Assembly (NCBI GenBank): GCA_951406725.2
Contig: OX597820.1
Coordinates: 23,808,001-23,872,000, forward strand
Length of the DNA stretch: 64,000 nt
Origin: Octopus vulgaris
Taxonomy: Eukaryota
Direction: 5' to 3'
The position numbers and the translations under genes were made by a program. A model generated the notes under the pieces. That model saw only the letters and a list, made by a program, of their open reading frames with translations, searched no databases and was not told the origin of the DNA. Shown here piece after piece: positions 54,783-64,000 of this stretch (positions are counted from its first letter, which is position 1; every line of letters starts with the position of its first letter).

Positions 54783-55264
54783 CTGGAAAAAAAAAAAAAG
54801 TAACGATACTACCTTTTGAACTGTCAAGGTATCTCAAAGACTAGGCTTGCTCTGACCTAAAAAGCTCAAGTCAGAATCACATATCTGAGAAAAAAATTGC
54901 TGTTACACATAAATATTCTAGACTGCATAAAAAAAATGTGGTAATTAATCTCATTGGCTAAGATTTCCCCCTCATCAACATACTACAACCATTAACTCAC
55001 AGATAAGGGTTTTTTTCTTTTCACCCTTTTTTATAACTACTACATTGACCTCTAGTTCCACTACAGGACATTCAACATGCCTATCTCTTGTTAATCATCG
55101 TAAGTGACAGAGAGCTAGGCCAACCACATGAAAATCGAGTGTGAAATTAGTGTTAACATATTAGAAGTACAGAGCAATAAAGAGTTAATTAGAAATAATT
55201 ATGAGGTGAAGAACAGACTTAGTAAAGGCGCACATCAAGTTACATCTTTTTTATTTTACATTCT

Positions 55265-55640
55265 TTTACTCTTTTACTTGTTTCAGTCATTTGACTGTGG
55301 CCATGCTGGAGCACTTTCTTTAGTCGAGCAAATCGACCCCAGGACTTATTCTTTGTAAGCCTAGTACTTATTCTATCGGTCTCTTCTGCCGAACCGCTAA
55401 GTTACGGTGACGTAAACACACCAGCATCAGTTGTCAAGCGATGTTGGGGGGTACAGACACACAAACATATACACACACACACACACATATATATATATAA
55501 CGGGCTTCTTTCAGTGTCCATCTACCAAATCCACTCACAGGGCTTTGGTTGTCCTGAGGCTATAGTAGAAGACACTTGCCCAAGGTGCCACGCAGTCGAA
55601 CTGAAGCTGGAACCATGTGGTTGGTAAGCAAGCTACTTAA
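55265..55640 (-). mobile_element. SINE family B
   Basis: Family match. Confidence 0.85.
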
Positions 55641-55663
55641 CACTAAGCCTATAAGTGTGTGCC

Positions 55664-55781
55664 GCTTACAGCACCTAGGTTTCCCAAGCGGTCACCCATC
55701 TAAGTACTAACTAGGCTTGACGTTGATTAACTTCAGTGATCGGGTGAGAACCAGTGCTTTCAATGTGATATGGCTGTAAGC
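55664..55781 (-). pseudogene. 5S rRNA copy, probably a pseudogene
   Basis: Minus strand reads GCTTACAGCCATATCAC..GATCACTGAAGTTAA..TTAGTACTTAGATGGGTGACCGCTTGGGAAACCTAGGTGCTGTAAGC (118 nt). Several CpG-type transitions relative to the molluscan consensus; no downstream T-run terminator; solitary. Confidence 0.88.
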
Positions 55782-56205
55782 ATTGTTATTTTTAAAAAGA
55801 AATTAATGGAAAAATAAACCTCAACTTAATCTGACTTCACGTAGGTATTAGTGCACATATTTAAAAGCATAAAAATGAAAAGAAAACATCTAAAATCAAT
55901 ACTGAAATGGAAAATCAAATAAAATATGTACAAGCCATATTTTATTTTAAATCTTAACCAAGTGTTTTTCAGCCAAGATGTTACAATTAAATTTGGAAGA
56001 TTTGTTTCCCTTGGACGATCTACCGTCTGGCAGCAGATTTCCTCGTTCAGCGAAAGTGTTTTGTTTGTTCACTGACAGTGTTCACTCCCGCAGTAAGTAT
56101 ATTGCAAGTGTGCAGTGAACTTTCATAAGCAGATAAAATGCATCAATCATCGAATTGCTGGCACAGAAACTTAAAGTCCTGAATGTAAATGTTACTTAAG
56201 TGTCA

Positions 56206-57223
56206 TCTCTATATATATAAAAGGCAGTTTGTCTGTCTGTGTATCTGTCAGGTTGTACCCTCACCCTGACCACGGCTTTCAACCGATTCTGATGAAACTT
56301 GACACACACACACAGCCCAATGTCATAATTCAAAACTAACGCAGCGAAAATTTTGAAAAGTTTCCCCAGTTCTGAAAAAAATCAATAAATTTGACATGGG
56401 GTTGAGAATCTAAGCTTATCATATGCAACACATTTTCCGTTGTAGTTTTCGCAACTTGCAATCGATTTTCACCAAACTCATGGTGAAGCTTAATGTTACC
56501 CTAAGGAACTTAATTCTGACATTAGTTTTCCATGTAATAACTTATCAGAAAAAATCGATAAAATCATGCCATTTTGGGAAATCACGGTCAAATTCAAGAT
56601 GACATATTTTCGACAATATCTTTAACAAATTGGCAGGAATTTTTTTTGAAATTCACAGCGAGCATCATGTCTGCTCCAAGGAGCTATATCGCCCTTTTGA
56701 TTCCAATAGGATACATTATTACTGGAAAAAATCGGTTAATTACATCATATGTGGCACACATAGCAAACCGATTTTTCTGTGATAATTTTTGAAAGTTCAC
56801 AAAGATTTTCCCTACACCGATGTTGGACATCAAGTTTGCATTAAATGTCAAACTAACGACCTTTTGTCAATGCAGTTAACAAGTATTGGGAGAAATCGAC
56901 AAAACCATATCACTTTGAGACCGACCATGCGAACCCTACAAAACTGACTTTTGTTAAATAGTTGGCGGATTTCAGGCGATTTAGTCGATTTTTGCCGCTT
57001 TTATCATAAAGGTTACTAGAAATGGCATATGTTTTCCTTTTGCTTCAAATCCGAGCAATGTTGGGCTGTAGTCATGCATGCAAGGGAACGGTGCCTTGAA
57101 TGCCTTAATGCCTTTTAGGCTTCATTTTACAAAATAACGGTTCAATGAGTACAAAAAAGGGTAAAAAGGTAAAGGGCATTGCTTATCGACAAAGTTTCTT
57201 ACATACCCGGGCAACGCTGCTAG
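56206..57223 (+). mobile_element. Non-autonomous Helitron-like element
   Basis: A|TC..TATATATAAAA start, (GTCT)n, CCGATTCTGATGAAACTT motif, CCCGGGCAACG subterminal GC-rich motif, CTAG|T end; CpG-rich. Confidence 0.7.
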
Positions 57224-57777
57224 TTTAATATATATATATATATATATATATACACATGTACAGGGGCTTCTTACACACTTTCTGTCAACCAAATTCACTC
57301 AGGAGGTATTGGTCATCTTGGGGCTATAGCAGACGACACTTGCTCAAGGTGCTGTGCAATGAGGTTGACTTCACCTTTCATACTTTTGGGGTCGATTAAA
57401 TAAGTACCAGTTACGCACTGGGGTCAATGTAATCGACTTAATTCCTTTGTCCTTGTTTGTCCCCTCTATGTTTAGCCCCCTGTGGGCAATAAAGAAATAA
57501 AAAAGTGATCTTCTTAACCACATAACCATGCCTGTGCCCATCATCATCATTTAATGTCCATTGTCTATGCTGGCATAGGTAAGATGGCTTGACTGGAACT
57601 GTTAAGCTGGAGAGCTGCACCAGGTCCAAGTCTGATCTGGCAATGTTTCTACAGCTGGATGCCCTTCCTAACGCCAACCACTCCAAGAATGTAATGGGTG
57701 CTTATTATATGCCACTGGCATGGGTGCCATTTACATGACACTGGCAACAGCTACGATTTCATGGGTATCATTTATAT

Positions 57778-58084
57778 CAGTGGTTCCCAAACTTTTTTGG
57801 GCTGCTGCCTCAACACCTAGGCCACATTCCTAACGTTCCCACCTCAACTAACCACCACAAACACAGACCTCTTTCTGAAGCAAATTCAAGGCAACTGTAT
57901 TTCACAAATAAAACTTCACGTAATGAACCGATTATTTTGTTGTTTTTACATGAATACCTACCCAATTATTGCCCCACTTTTTACATGAACTGCTGCCCCA
58001 TTATCACCCCACTTTTCTTCAATACCCCCTTGGAACTTTCCACTGCCCTCATTGGGGCAATATCACTCACTTTGGGAACCACTG
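57778..58084. mobile_element. hAT (Charlie-like) MITE
   Basis: TIRs CAGTGGTTCCCAAA / TTTGGGAACCACTG; 8-bp TSD ATTTATAT/ATTTACAT. Confidence 0.85.
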
Positions 58085-59072
58085 ATTTACATGACATTAC
58101 GAATGGCCACAACTACAATTTCACATATATAACGTGCAGGTGGCACGTAAAAAGCACCCACTACACTCACGGAGTGGTTTGCGTTAGGAAGGGCATCCAG
58201 CTGTAGAAACATTGCCAGATAAGACTGGAGCCTGGTGCAGCCTTCTGGCTTCCCAGATCCCCGGTCGAACCGTCCAACCCATGCTAGCATGGAGAACGGA
58301 TGTTAAACGATGATGATGATGGTGATGATGAACCCTTTAGTTACTGTATTTATTTTGAGATGTTCTGTGTTTCTTTCAATTAATTTTAAATATAACAAAG
58401 AATTTAGTAAAATAACTTAGTTATCATTCAGCTGATGTTAGGAACATAAATTGTGACTAAAGTTTGGTGGAAGATTTTAATTCAAGACTTATGAAAAGAA
58501 GACATTTGTACTCAGAGCCAGAGCCGGTTTCAGCCGGGTTGGTAACGAACGGGATAAAATATACAAATACACATGCAAAAAACAAAACAAAACTTACTGC
58601 CAAGTGTAGAGTGAATTGCGTTGGTCATGGTGGTGGTAGACAGGTGAAAATTGCTTTGCCCAGTCAATGAGTTGGCGTAAACAGGTGGAAAACACCAGAA
58701 AAGAGAGGAGTATCACTTGAGAGAATAAATCCTCTGCTACAGACCATATTATGCTGCAAAGAGAACAGTAAATCTTCTAGATATTTCCGAGCTCCTCACA
58801 GAACAGAGGCATCTATCAGTTTCAGTTTCTGTCTACCAAATCCTCTCACAAGGCTTTGGTCAGCCCGAGACTTTAGTAGAAGACACTTACCCAGACAATG
58901 AATAATTCAGTAAAATAACTTTGTTATTAAAGATGGTATGTGGAACATAAATGAACATGAGAGCTTGATGGAAGGTTCTGCTTTGGATCACATTAAAAGA
59001 GTAAGTTTTTATGAAAGAATGAAGATTGGTCTCAATGGTGTAGGTATCAAAAAAAAAATCTAAGGAACTAAC

Positions 59073-59215
59073 CTTGGAGGTTTGGACATCGTGATATTGT
59101 TTTGGACAAATTGTTCAAGAAACTGATACACTTTTGAATATGAGTCTTTGGAAATGTTCCACAGTGTAGGATTAATGTCAACATCTTTTTTTGTTAGAAG
59201 ATAAAGAAGAATTTC
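59073..59215 (-). CDS. FANCF-like gene, penultimate exon (EILLYLLTKK..NNITMSKPP)
   Basis: TTTTGCAG acceptor, GTTAGT donor, 143 nt, phase 0 to 2, open. Confidence 0.8.
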
Positions 59216-59504
59216 CTGCAAAATAAAAACACACAAAACACATGGTGAATAAACTGTCATCTAAATTACGCAGAAATGAAAATAACACTGACATCTCATT
59301 TTAAAAGATATATTTCCAAAAAATACATAAAAATATCTTGAAATACTAAAGTGTGTGGGATGCTTTTATGTGGCACCACATGATCCCTTTTACGTGATGC
59401 AGCACGGGTGCTTTTATGTGTCGTCAACAAGTGCTTCTACATTTTGCCACATGGTTGCTTTTACGTGACACTGCATAGATGCTTTTACATGACATTCATA
59501 TACA

Positions 59505-60420
59505 TATCATCATCATCGTTTAACGTCTGTTTTCCATGCTGGCATGGGTTGGACGGTTTGACTGGAGACTGGCAAGCCAGTAGGTTTCACCATGCTCCAA
59601 TCTGATCTGGCAAGGTTTCTACAGCTGGATACCCTTCCTAATGCCATCCACTCTGAGAGTGTATGTGGGTGCTTTTTATGTGTCACCGGCATGGGAGTCA
59701 GTCAGGCGGCACAGGCATCAGCCATATTCGGATGGTGCTTTTTATGTGCCACCAGCACAGGAACCAGTCCTGGGGAGGGGGCTGATATTGAATATGTTCA
59801 GATGGTACTTATTACATACCATCGGTATGGGGAGCCAGTCAAGCGAGACTGGCATTGACCCACGCTTGAATGGTGCTTATTATGTGCCACCAGCATGGGT
59901 ATCAATCAAGTGGCAATGGCATTGGCCACAACTACAATTTTCATTTTGATTTCAATCTTGATTTGTTTGCTTCTGATTTTTGATTTTACTTGACACAATA
60001 GATCTTCTCAAGTGCAGCATATTGCCTGACAATTCAAGGGTACTTTTAAATGGGCTGGTTATGCGACACTGGTATAGGCTCCGGCTGTGATCTCACTTTA
60101 CTTGCTGGGTCTTCTCAATCACAGCATATCTACAAAGGTCTTGGTCTCTTGCACTGCCTCTGTGAGGCCCAACGTTCAAAGGTCGTGCTTCACCACCTCA
60201 TCCCATGTCTTCCTGGGTTTCCCTCTTCCACAGGTTCCTTCCACTGTTAGGGTGTGACACTTCTTCACACAGCTGTTCTCATCCACACACATCACATAAC
60301 CATACCAACCCAGTCGTCTCTCTTGTACACCACATCTGATGCTTCTTATCTCCAACATTTCTCTCAAGGTACTTACACTGTCGTGTGTGCACACTGACAT
60401 TACACATCCACCGGATCATA
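59505..60420 (-). mobile_element. RTE-clade LINE 3' end with subrepeat-containing 3' UTR and (GAT)n tail
   Basis: WMCNVSV..VQERRLGWYGYV..VEGTCGRGKPRKTWDEVVKHDL; GGTGCTTTTTATGTGCCACCAGCA subrepeats. Confidence 0.8.
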
Positions 60421-60454
60421 CCAGCTAGCTAGTATATAATATACTTCTTTCTCT

Positions 60455-60820
60455 CTTTACTTGTTTCATTCATTTGACTGTGGCCATTCTGGATCACCGG
60501 CTTTAGTCAAGCAAATCGACCCTAGGACTTATTCTTTGGAAGCCTAGTACTTATTCTATCAATCTCTTTTGCAGAACTGCTAAGTTACGGGGAAGTAAAC
60601 ACACCGGCATTGGTTGTCAAGCGATGTTGGGGGGACAAATGCAGATACACAAACATATACATACACACACACACACACACACATATATATACATATATAC
60701 AACGGGCTTCTTTCAGTTTCCGTCTACCAAAACCACTTACAAAGCTTTGGTGGCTCAAGGCTATAGTAGAAGACACTTGCCCAAGGTGCCACACAGTGGG
60801 AATGAACCTGGAACCATGTA
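60455..60820 (-). mobile_element. SINE family B
   Basis: Family match. Confidence 0.85.
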
Positions 60821-60840
60821 TACTCAGTTTTTCACTCAAG

Positions 60841-61535
60841 ACACTTACACTCTGTCATACATGCACACTGACATTGCACATCCAGCGGAGCATGAAAGAA
60901 ATGAAGCTAGCATACTTTGCTGGATGTGCAATGTCAGTGTGCATGTAAGTGTTTTAAGAGCCAAACTGGATATAAAAGGCATTAGATGTAATGTGCAAGA
61001 GAGAAGATTGCACTGGTATGGTCATGTGATGCATATGAATGAAGACAGTTGCACCAAGAGATGCCGATCTCTGACTGTGGAGGGAACATGTGAAAGAGGT
61101 AGACCCAGGAAGACATGGGATGAGGTGGTGGAATGGAGCCAGTCCAGTGGCAGTGGCAATGACTTCACTCGAATGTTTTTTCATGTGCCACCAGCACAAG
61201 TGCCAGTTACCTGTGTTGCCTTACTGGTACTTGTGCTGGTGGCACATGAAAAAACATTTGAGCGAGGTTGTTGCCAGTGCCGCTGGACTGGCTCATGTGC
61301 AGGTGGCACATAAAAAGCACCATTTGAGCATGGCTGTTGCCAGTACCGCCTGACTGGTCCTCGTGCTGGTGGCACGTAAAAGCACCCACTACACTCTCGG
61401 AGTGGTTGGCGTCAGGAAGGGCATCCAGCTGTAGAAACTCTGCCAGATCAGATTAGAGCCTGGTGCAGCCATCTGGTTCACCATCAGTCAAATCGTCCAA
61501 CCCATGAAAAGCGGACGTTAAATGATGACGATGAT
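60841..61535 (+). mobile_element. Rearranged RTE LINE 3' end with two internal fold-backs
   Basis: ERNEASILCWMCNV..RRLHWYGHVM..RGRPRKTWDEVV; hairpins at 60841-60951 and 61136-61294; GATGACGATGAT tail. Confidence 0.8.
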
Positions 61536-61908
61536 TGTTGAGTCTTGTGGAAGCAATGACAAGTGACCAAGACTTCTGGTGATTTGTTGTGCTTGAGAAG
61601 ACGTGTCAAGATAAGTGAAATCGTGGTTGTGGCCAGTGCCAGTGATACACAAAAGACACCCAGTACACTCTGTAGAGTGGTTGGTATTAAAAAGGGCATC
61701 CAGCCATAGAAACCAAGCCAAAACAGATGACTGGAGCCAGGTGAGGCTTTCCAGCTTACCAGCTTTGGTCAAACTGTCTAACCCATGCCAGCATGGAAAA
61801 TGGACATTAAATGATGACATATACATGTATGTGTGAGCGTTAATGTATGTGTGTGTCTGTGTATGTATATTTATATATATATATATGAAAATGCAAACAA
61901 TGACTTAC

Positions 61909-61966
61909 CCAACCATCTTTAGAAGCAGGTAAATTGGAAATGATTTTTAATACCAACAAGTCCAAC
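61909..61966 (-). CDS. FANCF-like gene, internal exon ((R)LDLLVLKIISNLPASKDGW)
   Basis: AAAG acceptor after a pyrimidine tract, GTAAGT donor, 58 nt, phase 2 to 0; fits both neighbours. Confidence 0.75.
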
Positions 61967-63225
61967 CTTTATACAAAGAAATAAGAGATATAAAATGTTA
62001 ATATGTAACAGAACGATACAATTTGAAGGATATTTTGCTGCTATTTCTAGCATGTGAAATGACTATATAGGGGGTCCCTCAATAGCTAGGTTATATATAA
62101 AGATGTAACAAACAGATGGGAATTATGACTTGATGTAAAACTTGAAAACAGAAATTAACTCTCTCTCTTCACGAAGTAAATTAAGAGTATCTTTTAGTCA
62201 TTGTTGATCATAGGTTTCTACACCTGGAGAATCCCTCTTCGAGGTGCAAGCCTTTGCAATCACATGATTTCAGGTTAAGTTCCTATGTGCAGCACCACGA
62301 GTAAGAAAATTTCTTTTGTAACACCAGACTGACCACTCATGGAACCTTGTGAGTGGATTTATCAGACAAAAACTGAAAGAAACCTGTCCTAGTCCTGTGC
62401 TGAAGAAGACCCATACTCCACAGCAGAAGCGCTAAAGCTGCATCTCCTGGTGAAGAAGATTGGCTTGCAAGAGTTCTGTGCTGGTGCCATGTTAAGTGGT
62501 TGGCATTAGGAAGGGCATCCAGCTATAGAAACCCGTGTGCAGACAATTCCCACACAGCCTCAGACTTAACACGGAGGCCTGCATCAAGTGCTTGGAGGAG
62601 GTTGTGCTGCTCTGGGTCAAGAGGGTGGCTGCTGGAACATCCTATGTCTGGCAATAGGACTCTGCACCATACCTCACAATTGTCCTGTCAATAAATTGTC
62701 TGTCTACCATAGAAACCAAACCAAATCAGACAGGAACCTGGTGCAGCTTTCTGGTTTGCCAGCTCTGGTCAAACTGTCCAGCCCATGCCAGCATAGAAAT
62801 ATGAAAAATGGACATTAAAAGATGATGATGATATATATATATATATATATATATATATTGCAAACAATTTGCAGCTGCAAGTGCTAACAGTTGAAAGCTT
62901 TAGTTGGTGCATGGCTATAGAAAAAGAAACTTGCTCATGATGCCATGCAGTGGGATTGAACCCACAGCTACATGATTGGGAAGCAAACTTCTTACCCACA
63001 CAGCCATGTGGGAAACTTTAGAGGATTGCTATGAAAGAAAGGAATAAACCAGAAGTAATTTAGCACAGTAAGTTTCATTCTTATTCAGACTTTCCAAACA
63101 GGAATGGAAACTGGGCCCAAAACTTCTAATTGATGGCAAAACTACTGTTCTGATACTGAATAAAATGGTCTGCTTATCTGATTTAAAAAAAAAAAAAAGG
63201 CAAGAATAACAACTTGATGACAAAC

Positions 63226-63422
63226 CTGTCTTCATCAGAAATAATAGAGATTTGGTTGATAAGTCTCTGCCAGAGTATTTCAGTTTTAACAATAGTAACC
63301 AATGACAAACGTGTGCCTGTTTTACTAGGTCGGCATTTGTCATAGCTGCAGTTTACAATGTCTCTTTCTAGTCTGGAAATTATTTGCAAGGAAGCATGGA
63401 GACTGCTGAGCTCAGCACATTG
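63226..63422 (-). CDS. FANCF-like gene, internal exon (QCAELSSLHASLQ..IVKTEILWQRLINQISIISDED)
   Basis: (TC)nTTTTCAG acceptor, GTTTGT donor, 197 nt, phase 0 to 2, open. VKTEILWQRL resembles FANCF KTQAELLLERL. Upstream exons lie beyond the window. Confidence 0.75.
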
Positions 63423-63477
63423 CTGAAAAGAGAGAGAGAGAGAGAAAAGTATAGGTTGTCTAGTAAGTCTAGTGTGT

Positions 63478-63770
63478 TATTACCTCCGCCTTAGCAAAGG
63501 CAGAGGTATTGTTTTCAGTTGTGTTTGTTTGTTTGTCAGTGGACAAAGTATCTCAAGAACTGCTGGGTGGATTCGAATGGAACTTTCAGGGATGTTTGGC
63601 CTTCTGACTGGCATGAACTGATTAGATTTTGGGATCAATCCAGTACCGGACAAGGATTCTGGATTATTTTCCCATTTTTTAAACTTAATTTTTGAGAGCA
63701 GTTGAATTATTTCAGATATTCTCATTTTAAAAATCATCTCTGGCTAATTGTTACGCGGATGCTGGTGTTG
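63478..63770 (+). mobile_element. DINE-1/HINE-like (Helentron-associated) element, partial
   Basis: TATTACCTCCGCC..GGCAGAGGTA short 5' inverted repeat, (GTTT)n, GGATTCGAATGGAACTTT motif. Confidence 0.6.
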
Positions 63771-64000
63771 TCTTGTTTAGAATAATTTCAGCACAAACAC
63801 ATTGTAATTGTTTTTAAAAAGTAGTTAATGGCAAATTGGTAAAGCATCAGATGAAATACCTTGCTATTTGGTGACTGTCATTTATGTGGAAGTGCATAGT
63901 TTAGTGGTTAGGGTGTTGGACTCATGATTGTAAGATTATGGTTTTGATTCCTTGACTGAGCACATTGTTCCAGTCCACTCAGCAAGCAAAAATGAGTAAT

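Noticed and set aside
55940-56178. Possible additional FANCF-like exon after CATTCAG
   Set aside because: All three frames hit stops and there is no good donor.
60624-61313. 229-aa ORF, the longest in the track
   Set aside because: A chance fusion of SINE B, RTE and inverted-repeat sequence.
63049-63177. Extra minus-strand exon candidate (KQTILFSIRTVV..) behind a poly-T CAG
   Set aside because: It would need a ~48 nt intron, and phase-2 splicing gives an immediate TAA. The neighbouring exons join without it.

Overview
AT-rich, repeat-dense animal genomic DNA. The repeat families suggest an octopod cephalopod (inference). Two convergent intron-containing genes are present. (1) A complete six-exon CHIC1/CHIC2-like gene (cysteine-rich hydrophobic domain, 163 aa) on the + strand, CDS 3574-34579. 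(2) The last four coding exons of a - strand gene (63422 to 54593) whose C-terminus resembles Fanconi anaemia group F protein (FANCF). The ~20 kb between the two stop codons holds head-to-tail, single-orientation SINE arrays, several long hairpins (one with a Penelope-type minimal hammerhead ribozyme) and a ~510 bp duplicate of the FANCF-like terminal exon with an intact frame. Also present: a 5S rRNA pseudogene, an LTR-like element with a tRNA-Trp PBS, HERO/NeSL, RTE and L1/Tx1-ORF1-like LINE relics, Tc1/mariner, hAT, piggyBac-like and Helitron-type elements, and many microsatellites. Most ORFs in the supplied track are repeat artefacts. Homology calls come from recalled sequences, not from searches.
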